Below, piece after piece: positions 30,609-41,784 of a DNA stretch of 64,000 bases. Position numbers and translations under genes: made by a program. The notes under the pieces are model-generated. The model saw nothing but the letters and a program-made list of their open reading frames with translations. It ran no database searches and was not told the DNA's origin. Source of the DNA: an uncultured delta proteobacterium (GTDB lineage Bacteria; Desulfobacterota; Binatia; UBA9968); assembly GCA_963728565.1 (NCBI GenBank), contig CAVSLC010000011.1, positions 128,001-192,000 on the forward strand, read 5' to 3'. Within the stretch, counting starts at the first letter, position 1. Each line of letters begins with the position of its first letter.

Positions 30609-30854
30609 ATCCCGCGGATTCCGCAGTTGCGATTGACACAAAAGCGCGAGGCACAATCCTTCCGCAGCGAAGTCGATGGGTTTCTGCCTCTGAGCAGACA
30701 TCGCTCAGCGGTGCTTCGAGGGGGATGTTTAAGCCTCATAGCAACGACGTGCGAGAGCGCAAAACCACTTTGAAACTTCACAGTCGGACGCCTTCGCTGC
30801 TCCAGGATTCCACCTCGCTTCCGGCATTTTTAGTTCGACTGCGGAATCCGGGAT
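30609..30854. repeat. Long imperfect inverted repeat (about 250-bp hairpin)
   Basis: GGATTCCGCAGT...GCGAGGCACAATCCTTCCGCAGCGAAG pairs with CTTCGCTGCTCCAGGATTCCACCTCGC...ACTGCGGAATCC. Confidence 0.7.
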
Positions 30855-30970
30855 TATCAGTGACATCGCTACGATAGGATAAAACACCGGGGAATCTGAT
30901 ACTGAAGGAAAACTAGTTGATTCGTTCTTGCGGGGACCTGGAAGCAGCTACGCGCCTTCTAGCTTTGGCT

Positions 30971-32050
30971 CTACTCCGCTTCGCCTTCAGCCTCCGCCTT
31001 GAGGCGACGCTGGCGAACGGCATGTGCGAGGTCCTCTACCAACTTGCGAGTGTCTTCCCAGCCGACACACGCGTCTGTGATGCTTAGACCGTAGACGAGT
31101 TCTTTGCCCGGCATCAGATCTTGACGGCCTGCTTTGAGATGACTTTCGATCATAACGCCGAAAATGCGGGCATCGCCGTCGGCAATTTGGCTGGCAACCT
31201 GACGACCGACCTCGACCTGTTTTTCCGGTTCTTTGCCGCTGTTGCCATGGCTGCAATCGATCATAATTTTCGCCGGTATGCCGGCTTCCGCCATGCCCTT
31301 GGCCGCTGCATCGATGTTTTGTGCATCGTAATTGGGATTACGACCACCCCGCAGAATGACATGGCAATCTTCGTTGCCGGTGGTTGAGACGATCGCCGAA
31401 TGACCGTCCTTGGTTACGGAAAGAAAATGATGCGGAGCTTGAGCGGCGCGGATGGCGTCAACGGCGATGCGGACGTTACCGTCAGTGCCGTTTTTGAAAC
31501 CGACGGGACAGGATAGGCCGGAAGCAAGCTCGCGGTGCACTTGACTCTCGGTGGTGCGCGCGCCGATGGCTCCCCAGGAAACCAGGTCAGCGACATATTG
31601 CGGGGTAATCATGTCGAGAAACTCGGAACCCGCCGGAACCGCCATTTCGTTAAGATCGAGCAACAATCGACGGCCAATACGCAAGCCGTCGTTGATACGG
31701 AAACTGCCGTCGAGTTGGGGGTCGTTGATCAGCCCCTTCCAACCGACAGTGGTGCGAGGTTTCTCGAAATACACACGCATCACCAGCAGTAGATCACTGC
31801 TGAGTCGGTCCTTAACTTCTCTGAGCTTGCCCGCATACTCTTTAGCGGCGTTAACGTCGTGAATCGAACATGGGCCCAATATAACCAGGAGACGGTCATC
31901 AGCACCGTGCAAGATGCGGTGGATCGCTTGGCGCGTCTGGTATACCGTCTGCGCGGCCTTGCTCGTTATCGCGATATCGCGCAGTACTTGCGCCGGCGGC
32001 AGCAGCTCCTTTATTTCCTTTATTCGGAGATCGTCTGTTCTATATTCCAT
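30971..32050 (-). CDS. aroF: 3-deoxy-7-phosphoheptulonate (DAHP) synthase, class I alpha
   Basis: GPCSIHD, RVYFEKPRTTVGWKGLINDP, GARTTESQVHR, IDCSHGNS, SITDAC; isozyme (aroF/G/H) not resolvable. Confidence 0.95.
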   Translation of the reverse strand: MEYRTDDLRIKEIKELLPPAQVLRDIAITSKAAQTVYQTRQAIHRILHGADDRLLVILGPCSIHDVNAAKEYAGKLREVKDRLSSDLLLVMRVYFEKPRTTVGWKGLINDPQLDGSFRINDGLRIGRRLLLDLNEMAVPAGSEFLDMITPQYVADLVSWGAIGARTTESQVHRELASGLSCPVGFKNGTDGNVRIAVDAIRAAQAPHHFLSVTKDGHSAIVSTTGNEDCHVILRGGRNPNYDAQNIDAAAKGMAEAGIPAKIMIDCSHGNSGKEPEKQVEVGRQVASQIADGDARIFGVMIESHLKAGRQDLMPGKELVYGLSITDACVGWEDTRKLVEDLAHAVRQRRLKAEAEGEAE

Positions 32051-32379
32051 GTGGTTTTCCCGGATAAATATGATAAACCAAAACCGTTGAAAATCCAGTA
32101 GACCTCACAGAACCTGCTGTGTGCTGATCCTGTTTCCGCCCGCATCCCCCCAAATGCGCATCGCGAGCCGATAAGACTTTCCTCCGATGATTTATCTATA
32201 ACGGAGTGGCGGATCTGGCATCGTCCCGGAGATGGAGAGTTGACGCCTTTGTTTTCGCATGGCTGAGACAACGGCTGGAATGCTCTCCCGACAATTTCCT
32301 GTTTTTCGTGGCATGTGCTTTGCGGTTTGTGCCTGCGGTCGTTGCTGCTACTTCAGCGTCGCAAAGCGCGGCAAATCTG

Positions 32380-33276
32380 ATGAGCGTCAAGCAAGATCTC
32401 AAAGATACTTTTTCGCTGCGTGGAGTGAGTGCGATCCAACTCATCAAACGGGTTATCGCCGAAGTGCAGCAGGACAATTGCGCAGTCTACGCGGCCTCGC
32501 TTGCCTACTATTTCCTGTTCGCGCTGTTTCCGTTCTTTCTTTTTTTGACCGCATTGTTGGCTTATCTGCCGATTCCAAATCTGATGGACCGGATCATCGG
32601 TTTGCTAGCCGAGGTTATGCCGGGTGAAGCATTAAGCCTGGTCAAAGATAATGTCGGCAAGCTGGTTTCACAACAACGCGGCGGTCTGCTCTCATTCGGC
32701 ATCGTCGCGGCCCTTTGGACCGCGTCCAGCGCGCTTACCGGGATTTCGGATGCTTTAAACCATGCCTATGACGTTGAAGAAGGCCGGCCCTTTTGGAAAG
32801 TTCGCGGTATGGCGATTCTTTTAACCATCGGCTTATCCGTTTTTCTAATCGCCTCGATCGTTCTCTTGATGTTTGGGCCGCAGATCGGCGGTTGGATCGC
32901 GGACCTTGTCGGGTTGGGAAGAGCCTTCGAGATCGCCTGGAATATTCTACGCTGGCCGGTCATCTTAATTCTGGTTATGACCGCCGTCGCCGCGATCTAT
33001 TACTTCGCACCCGATGTCGATCAGAGTTGGAAATGGATAACCCCGGGATCCGTTGTCGCCGTGATCATATGGATACTCATCTCTTTGGGTTTTTCGTACT
33101 ACGTCAATAATTTCGGCTCATACGACAAGACCTACGGCAGTATCGGCGCGATTATCGTGCTGCTGACCTGGATGTACGTCAGCGGATTTGTCATTCTGGT
33201 GGGCGGTGAAATCAATGCCGAACTCGAGCATGCCAGCGCAGCAGGCAAAGCCCCCGGGAGAAAAACCGGCGCTTAG
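32380..33276 (+). CDS. YihY/BrkB family membrane protein
   Basis: AASLAYYFLFALFP, YGSIGAIIVLLTWMY, GGEINA. Confidence 0.9.
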   Translation: MSVKQDLKDTFSLRGVSAIQLIKRVIAEVQQDNCAVYAASLAYYFLFALFPFFLFLTALLAYLPIPNLMDRIIGLLAEVMPGEALSLVKDNVGKLVSQQRGGLLSFGIVAALWTASSALTGISDALNHAYDVEEGRPFWKVRGMAILLTIGLSVFLIASIVLLMFGPQIGGWIADLVGLGRAFEIAWNILRWPVILILVMTAVAAIYYFAPDVDQSWKWITPGSVVAVIIWILISLGFSYYVNNFGSYDKTYGSIGAIIVLLTWMYVSGFVILVGGEINAELEHASAAGKAPGRKTGA

Positions 33277-33419
33277 CAGGCTGCTGAAAAACACCCATAT
33301 GCTTCGTTGCCGCTCAATCGCCTTCAACGTACTGTAAGTACCCGCGGCTCGTCGATTTTTCGCGCGCCCCGCATCTGGATCTTTTTGAGCAGCCTGCAAG
33401 AGCCTTTTTCAGCACCCTG
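33277..33419. repeat. MITE-like element, copy 2 (inverted)
   Basis: CAGGCTGCTGAAAAA...TTTTTCAGCACCCTG with TTAG on both sides. Confidence 0.8.
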
Positions 33420-33495
33420 TTAGGGATATCTCGAAACTCATGTGCTTGCGTCTGGCTTGTTGTCATCATGGGCGTCCTGGCGTCTTGGCACGTAT

Positions 33496-34728
33496 CTATT
33501 TCTGTAGCGTCTCACGAGCGATAAACGCCAGCAGTACAGCCGATAGGATGATCAGCGGAGCATAGACGAGAAACGGCACTCCCGGATTGAAATTGTCTGC
33601 GAGCACGCCGCCCGCCAAAGGCGCGCCGACGCCGCCAAGTTCGGCGATGGTTCGACGAAGCGCCTGTAAGCGTCCTCGGGCGTTTACAGGGATAACGTCA
33701 AAAGTGGAAGTGGCTAGAGAGCCTAACGAGAGGCCATTGGCGATGCCGAGAAACAACAGCAGCAGAGCTAGTTGGAAGAAATTGCCGGCGAACGGTATGA
33801 GCAGAAACGCCAAAGCCGGGATCCCGGTGCTCGGTACCGTCGCCCATTTACGACCCACTTTGTCGATGACGAAACCTGCGGGCAGAATCATCGCAAATGC
33901 GCCTACTCCCGAGATTGTAAACAAGAGCCCGACCTCTTTGGGTGATAAGCCGAGCTCAGTCGTGGCGAACAGCGGCAACATACTTTGGGTCGTTACCCGG
34001 TGCATGAAACTGGTGAGAGTGGCAAATACCAGGACAACGTAAGTCGCTCGAAAATGTGGTGGAATCTGATCAACCAAGTCTCTCACATTGCGCAATCGCT
34101 GCAGCCAAGCCGTTATGCTCCGGCCGCCAGCCGTCGCCCCGGCTTGATAACTCTGGGGCGTTCGAGAATCTTCAACCGTTAAGCCGAGCAGCACAGAGAT
34201 TGCCGCGCACATGGCGTAGGCAATAAATGCTCCTTGAAAGCCGCTGGTTTCAGCCAGGAGGCCACCGGCCAGGGGGCCCAGCGCCAGCCCCATATAATTA
34301 ACGCCATGAAATCCACTGAGGACCCGTCCACGTTGATTGGGAAGTGCCAGATCGATGCCGGCTACCTCGCGCGCGATCACCCAAATGCTTTCGGCAATGC
34401 CGAGAACAAAAAGCAAGAGCAGAATGATACCGAACCACGGCACGATGGCGGCCAATAGCGCGACCGCGCACGCCAGTCCAGGTCCGGCGACCAGTGCGGT
34501 ACGTGTCCCGAGACGATCGAGAACCACTCCGCTGATCGGCATGCCCGCAAGCCTGCCGAAGGCTAAGGCGGTGACGATTTGCGCGGCGGTCCCTGGAGTG
34601 ATGCCGAAATGAATCGCCATGACAGGGATACTCGGCACGAGCATCGACCACATTCCCGAAAGCAGCGTGCTGGCATAGAGCGTGATCAAACCGCGTGCGG
34701 TGGGTGTAAGTCTTAGCCAAGGTGCCAT
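33496..34728 (-). CDS. MFS transporter
   Basis: GVVLDRLGTR and GFVIDKVGRK motif A copies; about 12 TM. Confidence 0.88.
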   Translation of the reverse strand: MAPWLRLTPTARGLITLYASTLLSGMWSMLVPSIPVMAIHFGITPGTAAQIVTALAFGRLAGMPISGVVLDRLGTRTALVAGPGLACAVALLAAIVPWFGIILLLLFVLGIAESIWVIAREVAGIDLALPNQRGRVLSGFHGVNYMGLALGPLAGGLLAETSGFQGAFIAYAMCAAISVLLGLTVEDSRTPQSYQAGATAGGRSITAWLQRLRNVRDLVDQIPPHFRATYVVLVFATLTSFMHRVTTQSMLPLFATTELGLSPKEVGLLFTISGVGAFAMILPAGFVIDKVGRKWATVPSTGIPALAFLLIPFAGNFFQLALLLLFLGIANGLSLGSLATSTFDVIPVNARGRLQALRRTIAELGGVGAPLAGGVLADNFNPGVPFLVYAPLIILSAVLLAFIARETLQK

Positions 34729-35340
34729 GCTGTTGCGATTCAAATCTTGACCCGGCACGGCGTTCAGGTCCGGCTGGTGCCGAAAATCAAATTATGTCTA
34801 AAGTCTGCCATCATGACGGTATCGCATGCTTCGCTCTTGATGTCGTTCGTGCTTATCCGGGTGAAATAGAAAAGACAACATACTTTAACTTGAACTTAAA
34901 CACAGACTGCCTGAAAGGGATCTATCCAGCACTGATCCCTTGTGCTGAAACTTGCCGGTAGAAAGCGAATTCCGGGAGCTGTGTGGCTTTTGTCTGATAA
35001 CGGATCATCCGGCAGAAATACACCCGCGCTGATCTCTCGTTTCCCCTCGTACAACTTCCACAATTTGGGATTTCGGCTCACGAGCCGATCTTCCGCGCCC
35101 GCTCTGAGTAGACGCTGTCGCGCGGCCCATCCCTGAATCAGCGGTCCTTCCGAAACTAACCTGAGTGGATCAAGGCTTCGAGGCGGCGAAAATGCGCGTA
35201 GGGCAAGAGAGCCGTTGAACCGATCTCGCAAAATCCATGTCCCGAGCTTACGTGGGACCAACTGAAAAATTATCCAACGACTGGGAAGAGAGCGCTTGGT
35301 CAGTGATTACCGGTGAGGTCGGTGCGGCGACGGGGATTGC

Positions 35341-36432
35341 TTATGCGGGGCTACCAGAAGGCCGAGCTTTCAATGATCGAAAGCTTATCATCTTTCGTTG
35401 CGCTTCATCATACAGTCCTAGTCGCAACGAACTGAAGCTTTTCCAGAGAGTGATGGGTTTGACTTCCTGAAACGCCGGAACCTCATCGTAGCAGCGTTGC
35501 AGGTTGTAGTTGGGAATATTGGGGCGAACGTGGTGGATGTGATGCAAGTTGATGTTGCCTGTAACCCATTGCAGAACTTTCGGCAGCTTCAGATACGAAC
35601 TACCCTCTAACGCTACCCGCATGGGATCCCACTGGTCGTGCCGTGCCCAATACACATTCTCAAACTGATGTTGGACGTAGAACAACAATAATCCAAAGGT
35701 TGCGCCAACCAGAATGATCGGCAACTGGATCAGCAGATACGTCTTAAGACCGATAGTGAAGCCGGCAACGGCGACAACCACCAGCAGCGCTAGGTTGGTG
35801 AAAAGCACGCTATCGCGCTCCCTCTTTCCGGCGCCCTTGGTGGGAAATCGCTGGATGAACAAGAACAAGAGCGCCGCACCAGGGCCAAACAAGACGAAGG
35901 GATTCCGATAGAATCGATACCTGAGTCGTTTGCGTGGGGCCGCTGCCAGATACTCCTCTCTTGTCATCGTCCAGATATCGCCGATACCCCGGCGGTCGAG
36001 ATCTCCAGCCGTAGCATGGTGCGAATTATGGCCATACTTCCAATCCTCAAACGGTGTGAATGTGGCAATGCCTGAGGCATAGCCCAGGATTGTGTTCCCC
36101 CACCGAGAGGAGAAGAAAGAACCGTGACAGCAATCATGGAAGAGAATAAAGATACGGACCATCATTCCTCCCGCCACCACCGCCAAGGCGAGAGTGATCC
36201 AGTATGGATAGCCCCTCTGAATTGTTTGCAACATCAGGGCCCACAAGAGGCAATAAGGAATAAACGTGTTTAGTAGTTGCCAAACCGCTTTGCGGAGATT
36301 TGAAGATCCGTAAGCAGCAATGGTCTTATGCCACGTTGGTTCGAACCGTTTCAGTTTGGTAGTAACTACATCGGCAAGCGGGTCGCGCTTGCCGGGCTGA
36401 AGAACTTGTTCCTGCGGTAGTGAATTCACCAT
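35341..36432 (-). CDS. Membrane fatty acid desaturase (Bacillus Des-like)
   Basis: His boxes HDCCH, HNSHH, HHIHH; FYVQHQF. Confidence 0.92.
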   Translation of the reverse strand: MVNSLPQEQVLQPGKRDPLADVVTTKLKRFEPTWHKTIAAYGSSNLRKAVWQLLNTFIPYCLLWALMLQTIQRGYPYWITLALAVVAGGMMVRIFILFHDCCHGSFFSSRWGNTILGYASGIATFTPFEDWKYGHNSHHATAGDLDRRGIGDIWTMTREEYLAAAPRKRLRYRFYRNPFVLFGPGAALLFLFIQRFPTKGAGKRERDSVLFTNLALLVVVAVAGFTIGLKTYLLIQLPIILVGATFGLLLFYVQHQFENVYWARHDQWDPMRVALEGSSYLKLPKVLQWVTGNINLHHIHHVRPNIPNYNLQRCYDEVPAFQEVKPITLWKSFSSLRLGLYDEAQRKMISFRSLKARPSGSPA

Positions 36433-36524
36433 GTAACAAATGATCTCGCGTCTCCAAGTACAGCGGCCGCATCAGCTGGCGGTCAAACCAAACCGATAAT
36501 TGACAAGTAAACGGCCCGGGAGTG

Positions 36525-36752
36525 TTAGTAAATGATCGATCCTTTCTCGATCTGTTTTTTGCGGTCGTCGTATTCTTCACGGGATATTCTCTTGTTTTTA
36601 TAGTCTTCCTCCAGCTGCTGCATCTGGCGATAAGCCTGATATTCGTAGCCTCCGCCAGCGGCGCCGGCACCTACCAAGGTCCCTGAAATAAATTCACATC
36701 CCGATTGAGCGAGACCTACTATAAGCAAGGACAGCAACATTAGTTTTTTCAT
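36525..36752 (-). CDS. Small lipoprotein
   Basis: Signal plus lipobox-like QSGC; GGAGG RBS. Confidence 0.75.
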   Translation of the reverse strand: MKKLMLLSLLIVGLAQSGCEFISGTLVGAGAAGGGYEYQAYRQMQQLEEDYKNKRISREEYDDRKKQIEKGSIIY

Positions 36753-36810
36753 TCAACCTCCCGAATTTTCAATAGGCGCGAAGCAAGCTGAAAAACCCGC
36801 CGGATGGTCC

Positions 36811-37662
36811 CTAAACTGCCGCGGGGAAAACAATCTTGAATGTCGTACCGCGGCCAGGTGCGCTGCTATAGTCGATGGTGCCGTTATGGGCCAAGACGAT
36901 TTGTTCTACAATCGACAGGCCCAAGCCGCTACCATGCACCTTGGTGGTCTGAAATAGTGCGAAAGGATCTATACCCTCTGGCATACCCATCCCCATATCG
37001 GCGATCTCCAAAACTACAGTGGCGCCCAAGGGATAACCTCTGATCGTTAGATCTCCTCCTTGGGGCATGGCATCCAGGGCATTTCTGCAGAGATTCAAGA
37101 TTACCTGCTTTATTTTTGCCGTGTCTAACTTGACCGCCGGCAAGCCGTCCTCGAATTCAAGTTTAAGGTTGACTCCGGCAGTCTGATAGAAAATCAGCTG
37201 TATGGCTAATGCGTCTTCGACTACCTGTCGTAAATCACTGCCTGTAAGACTTACATTTTGCGGCACCGAAGCGGAGCGAAACTCATCGAGCAAGATGATC
37301 AAACGATCGACTTCTCGCCTGAAACTGCGCATCGTTGTCGTCAATAGCGGATCATGACTTGTTTTGAGGTCGCGCTCGATCAGTTGGAGAGAGGCGGACA
37401 TCCCCTGAAGCGGGCTGGCAACCTCATGTGCAAAGAGGGCGGCCGTCGTATTCAAGAGAGCGGTAAAGCGCCTGACTTGGGCTCGTTGCTGCGACTGCTT
37501 CTGGTGCGGCTGCAATCCGCCGGCTATTGCCCTGAGGTGCGTAACGCCGCCGCTTATATGTTTGGGTTTCGAAGCCGAGGACTTAATCGGAAGGCCGTTT
37601 TCCTCGCCGGTTCGCTCCATCAGTTGTTGCTCCTTTAAGTAAGTATCATGTGCCAGAGGCAC
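36811..37662 (-). CDS. Histidine kinase lacking an obvious sensor domain
   Basis: FAHEVASPL H-box, NLCRNA, DMGMG, GSGLGL; start uncertain. Confidence 0.85.
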   Translation of the reverse strand: MPLAHDTYLKEQQLMERTGEENGLPIKSSASKPKHISGGVTHLRAIAGGLQPHQKQSQQRAQVRRFTALLNTTAALFAHEVASPLQGMSASLQLIERDLKTSHDPLLTTTMRSFRREVDRLIILLDEFRSASVPQNVSLTGSDLRQVVEDALAIQLIFYQTAGVNLKLEFEDGLPAVKLDTAKIKQVILNLCRNALDAMPQGGDLTIRGYPLGATVVLEIADMGMGMPEGIDPFALFQTTKVHGSGLGLSIVEQIVLAHNGTIDYSSAPGRGTTFKIVFPAAV

Positions 37663-37720
37663 TATTCGAAACGTCGGATCTCTAGACTAGCACTGCGTAT
37701 CGTGAGATCGAAATCGGTAC

Positions 37721-37736
37721 TGTCTAATAGTGGACA
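37721..37736 (-). promoter_or_regulatory. Crp-family-like palindrome TGTCC-ACTATT-AGACA
   Basis: Identical to 38207-38222; upstream of the kinase. Confidence 0.7.
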
Positions 37737-37898
37737 ATCGTGAAAAATATTTTGTGCGGCTCTCAAGTCTACGAAGGACCTCCGCACTGATGGTCGGCAG
37801 AGGATATTTGCGGCTCACCGCGCATATGGGTGCGATCACTGCCGGTGAGAAGTCAAGCGGCTGAATCTTCTCTGAACCTGAGAACGTTAGGCAGAGGA

Positions 37899-37997
37899 TC
37901 AGCGCTTGCCTTTAACCCGGTTCGCATCCCAATGAGCCAAATAAAATACCACTGCCAAAACAAGCACCATCACCACAAACGGGGCTACTGCTTGCAT
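37899..37997 (-). CDS. 32-aa single-TM microprotein
   Basis: AAGGAG RBS; MQAVAPFVVMVLVLAVVFYLAHWDANRVKGKR. Confidence 0.6.
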   Translation of the reverse strand: MQAVAPFVVMVLVLAVVFYLAHWDANRVKGKR

Positions 37998-38206
37998 CGT
38001 GTTCTCCTTATTTACCGGTTGAGCTGTTGATAATCTGCCGCCTTTGGACTGAGTCGCTGCCCGTGTTGTATGCAGATGGTTCGATTTCCAGGGGACATAG
38101 AGCAAACAACCTGGAAAGCCTCAGGAAACACTATTTTGGGTGCCGCCGCGCTGATTGGGTTTGGCCTCGAGTCTCGAACTTCATATCGCGGTCCGGTACT
38201 GGGTAC

Positions 38207-38222
38207 TGTCTAATAGTGGACA
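38207..38222 (-). promoter_or_regulatory. Crp-family-like palindrome TGTCC-ACTATT-AGACA
   Basis: GGTACTGTCTAATAGTGGACAATC shared with the 37721 site. Confidence 0.7.
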
Positions 38223-38756
38223 ATCCTCAATGTGTAATTCGCCGATACTAGCGTCCTCCGCCGCACTGTATGACGTCCAAACGTCATCAAGTTACAGGGG
38301 CTTCAACAGTTGCGATAGCTCCTGCCATAGCTTCAGGATCGAAGCTGTCGGACGATATGGCAATTGCATTTCCGCTGCAACGCTTGAGTGAAAGTGCTTG
38401 CTTGGAAAGAAGAGCAAAGTTCGTTCGTTGTGTTTGGCAGTAGATCGGTATCAAAGAAATTATCGCCGCTCCGCAAAGCGAAATATTACTTGATGCACTG
38501 CAAGAGATGAGACTGATGTGCAGCAGATCACGATAATCTCACAGCAGAGGCTCATGAGTCTGGGTCTGAACGGCATGGGGCGGTGAGTCTATGGGTTTGC
38601 GGCAACCTGATGAGGCGCGTATAAGCAATGTGCCCCTGATCTCGCGATCCGTATCATGATCAATAAGCGGAGTAAAAGTATACAAGGAATAGCTGTTTTT
38701 TTGCTTTTGAAAGTTCACAACGAGCCTTAGTATATAGGAGATTTGACCCCCAATTT

Positions 38757-41742
38757 ATGACAATGGTGGCTAGAAAAAGCGGAAAAACCTTTGCAAAAAA
38801 AGCCGCTAAGCCCGCCAGTCGGAAATTAGCCAAGGGGCGACGAACCAGCGACTCCGCTGCAGTATCTGAAGATCGGAAGGACGGCTTTCACATAGTCGGA
38901 ATCGGCGCTTCTGCGGGCGGTTTGAAAGCGCTTGAAAGTTTTTTCTCAGCCATGCCGGTCAATTCCGGGATGAGCTTCATCGTAATTTCTCACCTGGATC
39001 CAAAGCATAGCAGCATGCTGCCCGATTTGCTGAAGAGATACACCAAGATCATGGTGGACAGAGCCCAAGACGGCATAAGTGTCGAGCGCGACCGCATTTA
39101 CGTCATACCGCCCAACAAAGAAATGACCCTCGTACGCGGGACGCTGGTATTGAAAAAACCTTCTGAGCCGCATGGGCAGAGATTTCCCATAGACACTTTT
39201 TTTCGCTCTTTAGCGCGGGACCGGAAGCAGCGGGCTATCTGCATCATCCTTTCGGGAACCGGTACCGACGGGACATTGGGACTCCGGGATGTCAAAGCCG
39301 AAGGCGGCATGGCGATGGCCCAGGCGACAGCGTCGGCCGAATACGATGGGATGCCTCGGAGCGCCATTGCAACCGGTCTAGTCGACTATGTCTTGCCGGC
39401 GGAAAAGATGCCGGCCCAGTTGATGAAGTATGTGAGCGAGCGACATCTTAAACGAGATGTTGGTACGCACGTGGAACAACCTGCAGAATCGATGGAGGAG
39501 TTATTCCACCTGCTTGAGTCCCAAACCGGCCATGATTTTTCATCGTATAAAAACAGCACCATCAGCAGGCGGGTTAAAAGAAGGATGGGCGTGCAGCGCA
39601 TCAAGAGCCTGTCTTCCTACCTTGGTTTTATTCGACGAAATCCGTCGGAAATAGACGCCCTTTTCAAAGAATTGCTCATCGGTGTCACCCATTTTTTTCG
39701 GGATCCTGAGGCATTTAAGAGCCTGAGCAAAGTACTCAGTGCGACTTTACGGAAACACCCCAAGGACAGCACATTTCGGATCTGGACTCCCGGCTGCTCC
39801 ACCGGGGAGGAGCCCTACTCGCTCGCCATCCTGCTTGATGAGTGCATGAGAAAACTTAAGAAACGCTTTCGAGTACAGATTTTCGCGACGGATGTCGACA
39901 GCGAGGCAATCAGCTTGGCTCGCGCGGGCGTGTATTCAGAGAGCGTTGTCTTCGAACTCACGGCCGAGCGGTTGAACCGGTTCTTCCTCAAAGACAACGG
40001 CGTATACCGCGTCAAAAAAGAAATCCGCGACATGGTGGTTTTTGCCGAACAAGATCTCATCAGGGACCCGGCGTTTAGCAAATTGGATTTAATTACATGC
40101 AGAAACCTCTTGATCTACCTGGAAGCGGAATTACAAAAGCAGTTGTTGCGTCTCTTCCACTATGCTCTGAAGCCCGGAGGTCTTCTCTTTCTAGGCACCT
40201 CAGAGAGCATCGGCATCTTCAGTCATTTCTTTTCTCCAGTGGATAAGAAATGCAAAATTTTTAGACGGAGGAATGGCGGAGCTTTCGCCAATGAAGCCGT
40301 TGGCGAGTTCCTTGTCAGGCCTCTAACGCATGCCCGACCCGACCTTGTGCCTGGGCGGCCCGGAAAGAAGAAGGACGACAACGGCCCGGTCATCACGAAT
40401 CTGACTGAAAAGAAGCTCCTGGAAGAATATACTTCCCCATCTGTGCTCATCAATCAGAACGGCGACATCGTGTATGCCTTCGGCCGAACTGGAAAGTACC
40501 TGGAGCTGCCTCAGGGGCACGCCGCGTTGAATATTCACGATATGGCCCATCCAGGTATCAAAGATGCGTTGGCTGCCGCCATTCACGAATCCGCGATCCG
40601 AAAGAAACGGGTTGTGGTGGAAGGTTTGATCTCGAGCCCCGAGGCGGAACTTAAGAGGATCAAAATCAGCATCGAGCCGTTACAGGTCAAGCCGGAGGGA
40701 AGCGTCGGGATGATGGTGGTTACTTTTGAGGATATTGGCGTTGAGATGAAAGAGGGTACGCCAAAGCGTAGAGGAGGGCCATGGCACTCAACTGGAGGGC
40801 GAGTTGAAGCTTGCTCGACAGCGTCTCAAAAGGAGCATCGAAGATTTGGAGGTGTCCAACGAGGAGCTTAAATCGGCAAATGAAGAGTCTCAGTCCACTA
40901 ATGAGGAATTGCAAAGCGCGAACGAAGAATTAGAAACCTCGAAGGAGGAACTGCAATCGATTAACGAGGAACTGGTGACAGTCAATGCGGAGCTTCAGGG
41001 TAAGATCGACGAATTAACGGTCATGAACGACGACGTAAGGAATCTGCTCGATAACACAAATATTGCCACGATTTTTCTCGATAAGCAGCTGCGCATCAAG
41101 CGATTCACTCCCGCAGCGACCAAAATCGTCAATTTGATCCCAACTGATATTGGAAGACCCCTGAATCATCTTGTTTTCAACCTGGAATTGCCCGTCCATG
41201 CGGAAGCGAAGAAAGTCCTTGAGACGCTCATCCCCAATGAGATGGAGGTGAGAAACAATGAGGGTCGATCCTACCTCAGTCGCGTCATGCCTTACCGTAC
41301 CGTGGACGACTTGGTTGACGGTGTTGTGATCACATTCACGGATATCACTGAAAGTAAGAGGGCTTTGGCCCAGCAGGAGATGCTGGATTATCTTAAGAGC
41401 ATCGTCGCGACGATCCGCGATTCACTGGTGGTTCTGGATGGTGATTTGAAGGTAATTACGGCTAGCCGGTCTTTTTACCAAACCTTCCAAGTGCAACCCG
41501 AGTCCACGGAAGGGGTGTTGCTCTACGAGTTGGGCGACGGGCAGTGGAATATCCCCAGCCTGAGAGAATTGCTTGAGAAAATCCTAACCACTAACGCTTC
41601 TTTTCAAGATTTCGCCGTTGAGCATGATTTTCCTGGTATTGGACACAAGAAGATGCTCTTGAACGCCCGTAAAGTTTACCGGGAGGATATCGATACGGGC
41701 AGAATTCTGCTCGCCATCGAGGACACTACGGGAGCGCAGTGA
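38757..41742 (+). CDS. CheB-CheR-coiled coil-PAS fusion, split by a frameshift at about 40750-40800
   Basis: GASAGG, LSGTGTDG, IGVTHFFRD, GCSTGEEPYS, CRNLLIY; the second frame continues with NEELQS repeats and PAS domains. Confidence 0.88.
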
Positions 41743-41784
41743 GCGCAAGCAGAGGCCTCTTACTCTGCGAGAAAGGCGGACTAC

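Noticed and set aside
17327-31190. Prophage or ICE
   Set aside because: No phage structural, integrase, relaxase or conjugation genes.
34896-35261. 121-aa minus-strand ORF
   Set aside because: No recognisable motif, RBS or paralog.
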